The notes beneath the pieces were generated by a model. That model had not been told where the DNA came from and made no database searches. It was given only the letters and a program-made list of their open reading frames with translations. Shown here piece after piece: positions 8,023 to 17,192 of a DNA stretch of 44,961 nucleotides (positions are counted from its first letter, which is position 1; every line of letters starts with the position of its first letter). This stretch comes from an uncultured Bdellovibrionales bacterium (lineage in GTDB: Bacteria; Patescibacteriota; Minisyncoccia; Moranbacterales; UBA9337): contig CAZRJL010000003.1 of the NCBI GenBank assembly GCA_964600645.1, positions 1-44,961 of the forward strand, read 5' to 3'. A program made the position numbers and the translations under genes.

Positions 8023-9225
8023 TTATTTTATTTTTATTATTTTCTTTTTTTGTAAGGCAAATGTTATATATTTTGAAAGCGCAAGATTTTTTTCAACATC
8101 TTTTATTTTGGACAAGTCGGCGCGGGTTTCCGGATGTTTAGGGACAAAGCGCGTACAGCAATCATCGTGAGGGAGAATGGATGTTTCCATCGTGCCTATT
8201 TCTTGCGCTTTAGCGATGATTTCTTCTTTGTCAAATCCGATCAGTGGTCGTAGAATCGGAATTTGCACCGATTCATTAGTAGCATTGATATTTTCCAATG
8301 TTTGAGAGGCTACTTGGGCAACTGATTCTCCCGTATAGAGCGCCAGATAGCCCTCTTTTTTCGCCAAAGATTCGGCTATTTGAAACATCAGGCGGCGGTA
8401 GAAAATTACACGCAGTTTTTCCGGAACATTCAGCAGGATTTCTTTTTGTATTTCTCCGAACGGTATCATAAATATTTTTGAGTCAAGTTGAAATTTTCCG
8501 ATTATTTTTGCCAGATGTTTGACTTTTTCGACGGACGCCGGAGAAACAAACGGCATTGAATGAAAATGAATAAAGTCAATTCTGACTCCGCGCTTGATCG
8601 CGTAGTAGGCGGCAACCGGAGAATCAATTCCTCCTGAAAGAAGCGCAAGAGCTTTACCGCTTACTCCCTGCGGCATTCCGCCCGCGCCTTTGATTTTTTC
8701 AAAATATACAAACGCGTCCCTTTCGGTTATTTCCACGAAACAATTAAGATCCGGATTTTTAAGTTTTACTTTTATTTTTGGTAATTTTTTTTCCAGCTTC
8801 AAAAAAAGATAGTTGCCTATTTGTTGGTTTGTTTGCTCCGATGTGAATGGAAAGATTTTATCGCTGCGTCTGGCGCTTATGCGAAAAGTCTTTATTTTAT
8901 CCGCCAGTTTATGGGCTTGTATTATTTTCCAAATGTTGTTTTTAATTTCTTTCAAATCGCGAGAAAGTTTCCATGCGAAAGAAAAATTGGCGATTCCGAA
9001 AATTTGCATCAAAGAAATTGCGATTTTCTTTCGCGTCGCGATGTCTATGTTTTTTGAAAATAAAACTATAATTCTTCCGAAAAGTCTTTCAGTTTTGAAT
9101 TCTATTTGCGGAAAATCTCTTTGTAAAAATCTTCCAATATTTCGTGTCAAAAAATTTTCGAAAAATTTTCGATTTCCGCCCTTGAGAGCGATTTCATTGT
9201 AATGAATGATAATGCATTGTTTCAT
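8023..9225 (-). CDS. thiI: tRNA 4-thiouridine synthase (tRNA uracil 4-sulfurtransferase)
   Basis: 400 aa. THUMP-type N-terminal half and PP-loop LLSGGIDSPVAAY. Confidence 0.85.
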   Translation of the reverse strand: MKQCIIIHYNEIALKGGNRKFFENFLTRNIGRFLQRDFPQIEFKTERLFGRIIVLFSKNIDIATRKKIAISLMQIFGIANFSFAWKLSRDLKEIKNNIWKIIQAHKLADKIKTFRISARRSDKIFPFTSEQTNQQIGNYLFLKLEKKLPKIKVKLKNPDLNCFVEITERDAFVYFEKIKGAGGMPQGVSGKALALLSGGIDSPVAAYYAIKRGVRIDFIHFHSMPFVSPASVEKVKHLAKIIGKFQLDSKIFMIPFGEIQKEILLNVPEKLRVIFYRRLMFQIAESLAKKEGYLALYTGESVAQVASQTLENINATNESVQIPILRPLIGFDKEEIIAKAQEIGTMETSILPHDDCCTRFVPKHPETRADLSKIKDVEKNLALSKYITFALQKKKIIKIK

Positions 9226-9354
9226 ATCGTTTCAGAGTAGATAAAAAGCGACAAGATGTCAATTTTTGAAGTTAACGAGAGTCAAATTGAAGAAGTAGGG
9301 GAGCATCGCAATGTCCACGGATTGTGGAAAAAATGAAGAAAATTTCCCAGAATC

Positions 9355-9903
9355 TTAAGATAAAATATTTTTTTCGACTTGGGGAATGAGGCTGAGAATT
9401 TGTTTTATTTCCGGTCGGGAAAATTTTCCGAGAACAAAGTCGTGTGCTTCCAAGCGGCACATCGGAGAATTGGACGTTTTTTCTCCGATTCCGATACGCA
9501 TTCTGCGGAATTCTTGCGTCCCGATTTTATCGATAATACTTTGTACTCCGTTGTGTCCGGCAGAGGATGAGTTCGTGGCGATTTTTAGCGTCCCCATAGC
9601 AATATCCAAATCATCATGGATGACAACTATTTCTTCCGGAATCATCTTGTAAAAATCCAAAAACTTTTTCACTGATTTTCCGGACAAGTTCATAAAAGTT
9701 TGCGGTTTGGCAAGAATAATTTTTCTACCAGTTTGAAATCCTTCGGAAATATCAGCGTCAAATTTTTTTTCCAATTTGAAACACGGAAAGCTCCATTTTT
9801 TTTGCAATTGATCCAATAGAATAAACCCCGCATTATGACGGGTGTTTTCATATTCTTTTCCCGGATTTCCAAGTCCTAGCACTAGTATATTTTTTTTATT
9901 CAT
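9355..9903 (-). CDS. pth: Peptidyl-tRNA hydrolase
   Basis: LGLGNPGKEYENTRHNAGF N-terminal signature, 182 aa. Start overlaps the upstream gene's stop by 8 nt. Confidence 0.9.
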   Translation of the reverse strand: MNKKNILVLGLGNPGKEYENTRHNAGFILLDQLQKKWSFPCFKLEKKFDADISEGFQTGRKIILAKPQTFMNLSGKSVKKFLDFYKMIPEEIVVIHDDLDIAMGTLKIATNSSSAGHNGVQSIIDKIGTQEFRRMRIGIGEKTSNSPMCRLEAHDFVLGKFSRPEIKQILSLIPQVEKNILS

Positions 9904-11359
9904 AGCTTGTTTGATTAAAATCCATTTGCTCCATATCGGAAGTCTGCATTTCTTCGAAAGAAGCTTCTTCGAAAGAATAGAGCGGAATCAAATCAGTTCC
10001 CAATATTATGAGAAAATCATAGTCGTCGATTTTCTTATTTTCCATTATAGCATTTTTATTGTCAGTTACGATAGCCGGAAGTTTTCCTGCAATTTCATTG
10101 AGACTGAAAGGTTTTAACCTTTGCGTGTTATCAAAAATCAGAGTGGATGACATTTTTTGACTTGTGGAGTTTTTAATAATAGAAATTTCATTAAAGGATA
10201 ATTTATCTCGCAACATTTTGATTATTTTTTCAATTAGCCTTGAATCATCGGTAGTGTTGATTATGGCAAATGTTGCTTTTTCCTTGGCAATTTCTTCTTT
10301 TTTTCTTGCGATGGAATTCAAGTCAAAAATGTTGCGTGCTAATTCCTGTATTTCACTATAATTTCCGACTCGCGGAACTAAAATGAATGCTCTAGTATCT
10401 CCGAAGAATATGTGGGAAACTTTCAGTAGGCTTTCTTTTTTCCATGCATCCGCTACGGCAGTAGAAATATTTTGGGTGTCCAATTGTCGACCGAGAGAAA
10501 GGAAGCTTTTCATTTCATTTATTTGAATGTCGGTTTTTATATGTTCTCCCAATGTATTAAGAAGGTTGTTTAGAGTGATAAAATTAAGAAGTGTTTTCAG
10601 GGAAAAAATTTTATTTTTGGCGGCTTGAATAACTTGTTGTTGGCGCTTGGCACGCCCAAAATCTCCTTCAGGATCATTGTGTCGTTGGCGGGCATATTTT
10701 AGGGCGGTGGCGCCATCCATCTTATGAAGACCTTTTTTAATTTCAAATGTTTCATAGCTGTAATTCGGACCCGGATAACGCGGATCATAAATGTCTCTTT
10801 CGACATTGATATTTATCCCTCCGATATGGTCGATCATTTTTTCAAATCCTTCGAAATCAACAACGAGAAAATAATGAATATTCAGATCGGTGATGTTTTC
10901 AATGGTTTTTTTGATCGGATCCGCTCCTTGGTTTTGATCCAGTCCATATTGATAAACGGAATTTATTTTGACATATTTTTCTGTTTTCGGAATATTGACA
11001 TAGAGATCGCGAGGAAGAGAAAGCATACCGATTTTTTTTTCGAGCGTGTTAATGCTTATTATCATTATGGTGTCGGTGAGATTTTTCCCCGGTTTGTTTT
11101 CTCCCGCGATACCGAGGAGCAGTATATTTATCCTTCCTTCATTTTCTCCTTTTAAATCAATTTTGTCTAAATCTGAAGAATCCGATGCCGGGTTTGCGAT
11201 ATTTTTATTTGAATCCAGAACTATTTTTTCTCCCACGGAGTTTATTTTCCATAGGAAGTAGAAAGAGAGTGAAGCAAAAGAAAAAATAAAGATAGACACA
11301 GCAATCAAGAATGCTTTTCTCCCGAAGAATAATCTTTTTTTTGTTTCCTCAATATTCAT
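9896..11359 (-). CDS. LytR-CpsA-Psr (LCP) family cell-envelope phosphotransferase
   Basis: TM anchor, then the LCP core (NILLLGIAG...TDTIMIISIN...SLPRDLYV...ALKYARQRH...GDFGRAKRQQQV), plus a C-terminal LytR_C-like extension. Confidence 0.8.
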   Translation of the reverse strand: MNIEETKKRLFFGRKAFLIAVSIFIFSFASLSFYFLWKINSVGEKIVLDSNKNIANPASDSSDLDKIDLKGENEGRINILLLGIAGENKPGKNLTDTIMIISINTLEKKIGMLSLPRDLYVNIPKTEKYVKINSVYQYGLDQNQGADPIKKTIENITDLNIHYFLVVDFEGFEKMIDHIGGININVERDIYDPRYPGPNYSYETFEIKKGLHKMDGATALKYARQRHNDPEGDFGRAKRQQQVIQAAKNKIFSLKTLLNFITLNNLLNTLGEHIKTDIQINEMKSFLSLGRQLDTQNISTAVADAWKKESLLKVSHIFFGDTRAFILVPRVGNYSEIQELARNIFDLNSIARKKEEIAKEKATFAIINTTDDSRLIEKIIKMLRDKLSFNEISIIKNSTSQKMSSTLIFDNTQRLKPFSLNEIAGKLPAIVTDNKNAIMENKKIDDYDFLIILGTDLIPLYSFEEASFEEMQTSDMEQMDFNQTSYE

Positions 11360-11480
11360 AGATAATGTAATGGTAGCTCAATTATCGAGTTGATGTCAAA
11401 AAATAAAAATATATTTCCAAATAATCCGATTATATTATTGCTCTGCTTGCTGATTATTTTTTTCAAGCTTGTTGCCATAA

Positions 11481-11509
11481 TTGACTTTGGGTTAAAAAAG
11501 GTGTATAAT
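11481..11509 (+). promoter_or_regulatory. Near-consensus sigma-70 promoter
   Basis: ttgact (11481-11486), exactly 17 nt spacer, tataat (11504-11509). Confidence 0.6.
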
Positions 11510-11595
11510 AAGGGTGTCGAGTGGAAATTTATGTAAAATTAAGCCAATATTTCAATATTTCAATAATTTAATTCGATAATAAGGGGAATAAAAAA

Positions 11596-11745
11596 ATGGA
11601 AACAAAAAAAGGCACTAAAAAATGTGATGCTTGCGAAAAAAGAGTTAAGGAGGATAGCGGGCAAGAGGAAATTAACTTTGCTGTTTTATTGGCACTGGTT
11701 CCTCTTATGGTGCTGACTCTTTTCAGCCAGCTCAATCTGCTTTAA
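11596..11745 (+). CDS. 49-aa small protein with CxxC and a C-terminal TM helix (below the ORF-track length cutoff)
   Basis: METKKGTKKCDACEKRVKEDSGQEEINFAVLLALVPLMVLTLFSQLNLL. aagggga lies 9 nt upstream of the ATG. Flanked by the promoter at 11481 and the terminator at 11773. Confidence 0.55.
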   Translation: METKKGTKKCDACEKRVKEDSGQEEINFAVLLALVPLMVLTLFSQLNLL

Positions 11746-11772
11746 TAGGATAGAATTATTGAAAATTTTTTT

Positions 11773-11808
11773 AATCCGCCTTCTGGAAAGAAGGCGGATT
11801 TGGTTTTG
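11773..11808 (+). terminator. Rho-independent terminator
   Basis: Perfect 12-bp stem aatccgccttct / agaaggcggatt with loop ggaa, followed by a T-rich tail. Confidence 0.8.
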
Positions 11809-11882
11809 ATTTCCAAAAAAAGGAAAAAATGTGTTATTATATATAAGAGATAAATAGGGATTATGAAAAACAAAAATAAATT

Positions 11883-12791
11883 ATGAATTGGATATTTTTT
11901 TCCGTAGCGGCATATTTTCTTTTGGCTGTTTCTTTTGTTATCGATAAGGTTTTATTGAAGCAAAGAATTCCTCATCCAGCAGTGTATGCATTTTATGTGG
12001 CACTGTTGAGCTTGTTGGCGCTGCTATTGGCTCCATGGGGAATGCATTGGTTGGGGGGTAGATTGCTCGCAATTTCTTTTTTAGGCGGAGTTTTTTTTGT
12101 CTACGCTCTGCTTTTTTTCTATCAAGCGGTAAAGGAAAATGAAATTTCCCGAGTGGCACCCCTGGTTGGATCTATTGCTCCGGTGGCAATTTTATTGGCA
12201 GGAGTATTGTTTGGACAAAGATTTTCCACTTTTACTTTTACGGGAATAGGGTTGTTGGTGGCAGGGGGCTTTTTTATTTCTTTTGATTTGCCGATTAGAT
12301 CGCTCAAAATTTTTCGAGGATTTTCAAGCTCGCTTGCTAGCGGAATTTTTTTTGCGCTCGCGTATCTTTTATTCGAGTATGTGTATGGGATTGAAGGGTT
12401 TTTAAACGGGTTTATATGGACCAGATTGGGGCTTTTTGTCGGTGCGTTAAGCTTGCTATTTATTCCGGTTTTTAGAGAAAATATTATCAATTCTTTCAAG
12501 GGCGCCAAAGGAAAAAAAAGAAGAAATATTTCAACTGCTTTCGTTTTTTTTCTTAATAAAATTTTTGGAGGAGGTTCTTCCGTTTTGATAAACTTCGCGA
12601 TTTCCATCAGTAGTGCCTCCTTGGTTAATGCGCTCGCGAGCGTGCAGTTCGTTTTTGTTTTGGGTTTGGCGGCCTTAGTATCCTTGAGATATAATCATAT
12701 TTTTGAAGAAAAGCTGTATTTTTGGGATTGGGCGCAGAAAATCGCGGCAATAGGAATAATTGCCATAGGAATGTTTCTTGTTTCATTTTGA
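11883..12791 (+). CDS. EamA/DMT-superfamily transporter
   Basis: 302 aa, about 10 TM helices in two similar halves. Confidence 0.6.
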   Translation: MNWIFFSVAAYFLLAVSFVIDKVLLKQRIPHPAVYAFYVALLSLLALLLAPWGMHWLGGRLLAISFLGGVFFVYALLFFYQAVKENEISRVAPLVGSIAPVAILLAGVLFGQRFSTFTFTGIGLLVAGGFFISFDLPIRSLKIFRGFSSSLASGIFFALAYLLFEYVYGIEGFLNGFIWTRLGLFVGALSLLFIPVFRENIINSFKGAKGKKRRNISTAFVFFLNKIFGGGSSVLINFAISISSASLVNALASVQFVFVLGLAALVSLRYNHIFEEKLYFWDWAQKIAAIGIIAIGMFLVSF

Positions 12792-12853
12792 TTTATTTAT
12801 GTTTGTTTTTTTCAAATGAGCAAGTTATAACTAAGAAAATTTATTATTGAAGT

Positions 12854-13888
12854 ATGTTTGAAAAAATGATGAAATTTTTTGCAGTTTTCGTGCTTGGTTT
12901 TCTTTGGCTGGCTATTTTATTGTTGGCGTATTTTAATTTTCCTGCAAAAAAAACAAACAACCATATTGACTTGGGAATTACTTTTTCTAGTCGGTATTCG
13001 CAGGATATCGGATTGAATTGGAAAGAAAATTATGTGGCGCTATTGGATGATTTGGAGGTTAAAAAAATTCGCATTCCGATATATTGGGACTTGGTGGAGA
13101 AAGAAAAAGACGTATATGATTTTTCCGATATCGATTGGCAGCTTGATGAAGCGGAAAAAAGAAACGCGGAGATAATTCTGGTTGTCGGACAAAAGGTGCC
13201 TCGTTGGCCGGAGTGTTTTATTCCAAAGTGGGTAGGCGCCAATAATGAAGAACTGAGAAAAAATGAATTGTTAAAGAATGAAGAAATATTGCAGTTTATA
13301 GAGGATGCGGTGAAGCGGTACAAGGAACATTCGGCGGTAAAATATTGGCAAGTGGAAAACGAACCGTTTTTGGCTTTTGGCAATTGTCCGACTCCGACAA
13401 TTGACGCGAATATTCTTGATCAGGAAATTGAAGCAGTGAGACGTCTTGATCCTGACAAAAAAATAATTATTACTGATAGCGGTGAATTGAGTACTTGGAT
13501 GGCGGCTGCCGCGAGGGCGGATATTTTTGGAACTACTATGTATCGAAATATATACAGGCAAGGTTGGGGATATTATGTTTATCCTTTGGGACCAAGATTT
13601 TTTCAATTTAAACGCTGGATAATTGATATATTTGCCGGACAAAAAAATGCAATAGTCATAGAGCTTCAAGGAGAGCCATGGGTTTCAGGATGGACGGTTC
13701 ATCGAGGGTTAGAAGAGCAGTTTGCATCAATGAATGAAAAAAAACTGCGTCAGATTGTGGAATATGCCCAAGAAGGAGGATTTTCCGAAGTATATCTTTG
13801 GGGAGTGGAGTGGTGGTATTGGCTCAAGGAAAAGCAAGATCATCCGGAAGTTTGGGAGGAGGCGCGAAGTTTGATTAACACACATTAA
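12854..13888 (+). CDS. Membrane-anchored TIM-barrel glycoside-hydrolase-like protein (GH5/GH42-like)
   Basis: N-terminal TM. IRIPIYWDLVE, then WQVENEPF (an N-E-P acid/base motif typical of clan GH-A). Confidence 0.5.
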   Translation: MFEKMMKFFAVFVLGFLWLAILLLAYFNFPAKKTNNHIDLGITFSSRYSQDIGLNWKENYVALLDDLEVKKIRIPIYWDLVEKEKDVYDFSDIDWQLDEAEKRNAEIILVVGQKVPRWPECFIPKWVGANNEELRKNELLKNEEILQFIEDAVKRYKEHSAVKYWQVENEPFLAFGNCPTPTIDANILDQEIEAVRRLDPDKKIIITDSGELSTWMAAAARADIFGTTMYRNIYRQGWGYYVYPLGPRFFQFKRWIIDIFAGQKNAIVIELQGEPWVSGWTVHRGLEEQFASMNEKKLRQIVEYAQEGGFSEVYLWGVEWWYWLKEKQDHPEVWEEARSLINTH

Positions 13889-13935
13889 TGAGGATATAAA
13901 ACATAAAATTTTGCATTTGTGCGTTTTGTAAAATT

Positions 13936-15078
13936 ATGCCAACAAGAAAAATCAGAAAACATCATATAAGTTTAACTATGGCGCTGGCAATTTTTGTTTT
14001 TGGAGTAGCTGGAAGCTTTTTGAGTGTGAAAGCGTATCCGGAGATTTTTACAACGACGGCTTCGTTGGAAAAATCGGAAGATTTGCGTCAAAACGAGGAG
14101 GTTGTCATTAATTTTTCCGATTCAATGATTGCCGTAAAAATGAATGAAAAAATTAAAATAATTCCTAATACCGAAGTCGATTTTATTTGGAATAATGTCG
14201 GAAAAAAACTTACCATAAAACCTCGGCCTGTTTGGAGTGCCGGAAAAGACTATCAAATAATTATCAATGGCGGTGAAAATATAATGATGGTAAAAAATGA
14301 TTTTCATTTTAATTTTAACGTAAGAGAATATCCGATATTGGAGAGTTTTTATCCATCAGACAAACAAAAGGAGGTTATTGTTGATATTGAAGATCCCATT
14401 CTGGCGGTTTTTGACAAATCATTGTTGGATTATCAAGTTAAATTTGAAATAAATCCGCCCGAAGCGGTTTCTTATAATATAGATTTCTCCGAAAAACGAA
14501 TTAAATTAGTATTTAAAAATGAGTATAAAAAGGGACAATCATACAAGATAGATGTATATATTAAGCATAAAAACGATACAAAATTTTTGGAAAAAATTTA
14601 CGAAACATCTTTTGAGACATTGCCGCCCGCTCCGGAGCAGTGGAGTGATGATTTGTCTTTGCGTCTGACGCAGGCAAAAAAATATGCAGTTGCTCAAATA
14701 AAAGAAGGGAAGCTGATTGATATAAACTTGAAAAATCAAGTGATGACTATTTTTGAAAATGGAATTTTTATAGACGCTTTTTTGGTTTCATCCGGAAAAA
14801 AAGGTATGGACACGCCGGAAGGATCGTATCAAATTCGCAATAAACATCCTCGTCCATGGTCGAAAACATATGGGTTGTATATGCCGCATTGGATGGCGAT
14901 TGTTCCTAGTGGGAAATTTGGGATTCATGAGCTTCCGGAATGGCCGGGAGGATACAAAGAAGGGGCAAATCATCTGGGAATTCCTGTTTCCCATGGTTGT
15001 GTGCGTTTGGGTGTTGGGGTGGCGGAAAGAGTATATAACTGGGCGGAAATTGGTACGCCGGTTATTGTGCATAAATAA
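13936..15078 (+). CDS. L,D-transpeptidase (YkuD domain) with N-terminal Ig-like region
   Basis: TM anchor. C-terminal FGIHE...SHGCVRL active-site motif. Confidence 0.8.
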   Translation: MPTRKIRKHHISLTMALAIFVFGVAGSFLSVKAYPEIFTTTASLEKSEDLRQNEEVVINFSDSMIAVKMNEKIKIIPNTEVDFIWNNVGKKLTIKPRPVWSAGKDYQIIINGGENIMMVKNDFHFNFNVREYPILESFYPSDKQKEVIVDIEDPILAVFDKSLLDYQVKFEINPPEAVSYNIDFSEKRIKLVFKNEYKKGQSYKIDVYIKHKNDTKFLEKIYETSFETLPPAPEQWSDDLSLRLTQAKKYAVAQIKEGKLIDINLKNQVMTIFENGIFIDAFLVSSGKKGMDTPEGSYQIRNKHPRPWSKTYGLYMPHWMAIVPSGKFGIHELPEWPGGYKEGANHLGIPVSHGCVRLGVGVAERVYNWAEIGTPVIVHK

Positions 15079-15147
15079 GCGGATATGTTAAAATTAAGCT
15101 GGATTGAGAAATGAAAAAATAGAAATAGAAAGGATGGTGAGAATTGA

Positions 15148-15348
15148 ATGAAAAATATGAAATCACTGAAAGAAACAGCTTTTTGGCTTTCTGTTGTGGC
15201 GGCTGTTTTGGGAGGAGTCGTTTCTATTTTCGGAATGGATCAAATTTTGGGGTTAGCTGGGACGCAATGGGTGATGGTGGCGATTTTATTGGCCGTGTAT
15301 GCTGTTTATTTCGAGCATGCTACTTGTGGGATGATCGATAAGGAATAG
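15148..15348 (+). CDS. Small two-TM membrane protein
   Basis: 66-aa ORF with two hydrophobic helices, followed by a strong terminator. Confidence 0.45.
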   Translation: MKNMKSLKETAFWLSVVAAVLGGVVSIFGMDQILGLAGTQWVMVAILLAVYAVYFEHATCGMIDKE

Positions 15349-15379
15349 ACTCGGCTTATTTTGTTGAAATCCGAAAAAA

Positions 15380-15411
15380 CCTTCACAATTTTTTATTTGT
15401 GAAGGTTTTTG
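15380..15411 (+). terminator. Rho-independent terminator
   Basis: Stem ccttcacaa / ttgtgaagg followed by ttttt. Confidence 0.75.
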
Positions 15412-15433
15412 TAAATTATGATATAATGTATTT

Positions 15434-16126
15434 ATGGAAAAAAAGAAAATTGCAATTTTTGATATCGACGGAACGATTTTTCGAAAAAACCTTCATTTTG
15501 AATTGATAAACGAATTAGTTTGGATGAGGGTTTTTCCGCGTGAAGTTCGAGGTGATTTGACTCGTTTATATACGAGTTGGTTGGAGCACAAGGGAACATA
15601 TGAAGATTATCGTATGGCATTGGTTCGACTTTATGAAAAACATATTGCGGGAAAGAAAAAGAAAGATGTAGTTGAAGCGAGCAAGATCGTTGTTCCTTTT
15701 CACAAGGATCGAACGTATGTCTTTACCGAAGAGCTAATTGGAAAGCTGAGAAAAGAGAATTTTTGCATAATTGCCATTTCCGGATCTCCGCTTGAAATAG
15801 TGGAAGAATTCAATCGCGAGCATCTTCAATTTGAAAAAGTTTTCGGGAGTACCTATGAAGTTGATAAAAAAGAGATTTATACCGGCGCGGCGGAATTTGA
15901 ACCGACGAAGGACAAAGGACAAGTTTTGCGACAGTATGTTTTTGAAAATAATCTGACACTGGAAGGTTCGTTTGGCGTGGGAGATACGGAGTCGGATGCC
16001 GGTTTTTTGGATTTGGTTGACAATCCGATTGCTTTTAATCCCAATTATAATTTGAAAAATATCGCCGAGGAGAAAGGATGGCGGATTGTGGTGGAGAAAA
16101 AAGATGTGATTTATGAAATACATTGA
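15434..16126 (+). CDS. HAD-IB family hydrolase (phosphoserine-phosphatase-like)
   Basis: IFDIDGTIF (DxDGT motif I), SGSP (motif II), GDTESD (motif IV). Confidence 0.75.
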   Translation: MEKKKIAIFDIDGTIFRKNLHFELINELVWMRVFPREVRGDLTRLYTSWLEHKGTYEDYRMALVRLYEKHIAGKKKKDVVEASKIVVPFHKDRTYVFTEELIGKLRKENFCIIAISGSPLEIVEEFNREHLQFEKVFGSTYEVDKKEIYTGAAEFEPTKDKGQVLRQYVFENNLTLEGSFGVGDTESDAGFLDLVDNPIAFNPNYNLKNIAEEKGWRIVVEKKDVIYEIH

Positions 16127-16148
16127 TTAAGTTATTTTTAAAAAATTA

Positions 16149-16238
16149 AGACTTATACGCTTGATAAAAATTTGTTTGGTTTTCTGAAAAAATGTTGTTT
16201 GGAAAACCTAGTGTTTTTGTCTGAATGTGCAAGTCTTA
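16149..16238. repeat. Nested-hairpin terminator-like element, short copy of the element at 43352-43441
   Basis: Outer stem taagactt (16149-56) / aagtctta (16231-38). Inner stem ggttttc (16178-84) / gaaaacc (16202-08), followed by tagtgttttt. Both arms recur at 43352 and 43417. Confidence 0.6.
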
Positions 16239-16250
16239 TGGATAAAAATT

Positions 16251-16379
16251 ATGGCAACAAATATAAATCAGATTATCGATGATTTTTTAAAAAAGACGCT
16301 TTGGGTGTGGCTTCCTTTTGTCGCATTATATCGTTTAATAAAAAAATTAGTGGAAAAAATAGAGAAGTCTTTAAAATAA
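16251..16379 (+). CDS. Possible 42-aa small protein
   Basis: MATNINQIIDDFLKKTLWVWLPFVALYRLIKKLVEKIEKSLK. Its stop directly abuts the terminator hairpin. No clear SD. Confidence 0.3.
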   Translation: MATNINQIIDDFLKKTLWVWLPFVALYRLIKKLVEKIEKSLK

Positions 16380-16407
16380 AAGCCCCGATATAACATCGGG
16401 GTTTTTC
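16380..16407. terminator. Bidirectional rho-independent terminator (ends the rplT operon on the minus strand)
   Basis: Stem ccccgat / atcgggg with loop ataac, T-run after and A-run before. Confidence 0.75.
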
Positions 16408-16421
16408 TGCTATGATAAAAT

Positions 16422-16769
16422 TTATTTTTTCAATTCAACGATGAAATTTTCAAATATTTTCGGATCTTCCATTGCCATTTGGGACAACACTTTTCTGTCC
16501 AAGATATTTTCTTTGCTCACTTGAGTTTTGATCAATTCGCTGTATTTCATACCCAGTAGTCTGACGGCGTTATTGAGGCGAATAATCCAAAGCCGGCGCA
16601 TGGTTCTTTTTTTGGCGCGCCTGTCTCGGTAGGCATATTTTCCGGCCTTCATTATAGCCTCTTTGGCGGCGCGAAAATTAGATTTTCTTCTCCAGCGAAA
16701 ACCTTTTGTCATTTTCAAAACATTTTTTCTTCTTTTGGAAGCGGTTACTCCTCTTTTTACTCTAGTCAT
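16422..16769 (-). CDS. rplT: 50S ribosomal protein L20
   Basis: MTRVKRGVTASKRRKNVLKMTKGFRWRRK...YAYRDRRAKKR is the canonical L20 sequence. Confidence 0.95.
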   Translation of the reverse strand: MTRVKRGVTASKRRKNVLKMTKGFRWRRKSNFRAAKEAIMKAGKYAYRDRRAKKRTMRRLWIIRLNNAVRLLGMKYSELIKTQVSKENILDRKVLSQMAMEDPKIFENFIVELKK

Positions 16770-16872
16770 AATTGGATGGAATTAAGAATTGAGAATTTGG
16801 AATTGCAAATCAATATCTTATTTTTATTCAATATTATTCCCCATTCTGAATTCATAATTCAAAATTCTTAAT

Positions 16873-17064
16873 TTAATTTATTGCTTTTAAAATATTTTTC
16901 TCATCGGTCTTGAACAATCTCTGGTCGCTTCTTTTGTGTCGGCGGAATTTCCCGGTTTCTTTGCTGTTTCCGTGATTTTGCTTGGTGTGTCGCTTAATAA
17001 CTTTCTTGTTTTTGGTTACGCGGACTTTTTTGACAAGCGATTTGTTAGTTTTTTGCTTAGGCAT
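16873..17064 (-). CDS. rpmI: 50S ribosomal protein L35
   Basis: MPKQKTNKSLVKKVRVTKNKKV... is the canonical L35 N-terminus. ATG 17064 is preferred over the upstream ATG at 17088. Confidence 0.9.
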   Translation of the reverse strand: MPKQKTNKSLVKKVRVTKNKKVIKRHTKQNHGNSKETGKFRRHKRSDQRLFKTDEKNILKAIN

Positions 17065-17072
17065 ACTGGATA

Positions 17073-17114
17073 AATTTTCAATTTTCAATTTTCAATTTTA
17101 AAACAAAATCAAAT
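17073..17114. repeat. Tandem heptamers in the rpmI leader (aattttc x3, aatttta, aaacaaa, atcaaat)
   Basis: Strict 7-nt register. On the minus strand it reads (aaaattg)x3 immediately upstream of the rpmI ATG. Confidence 0.85.
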
Positions 17115-17192
17115 GAGTAAAGATATTAATTTTAAAATTTAAACATTGATTAATTTAGAATTGATTTAAAATTTGAAATTTAAAATTAGTTA

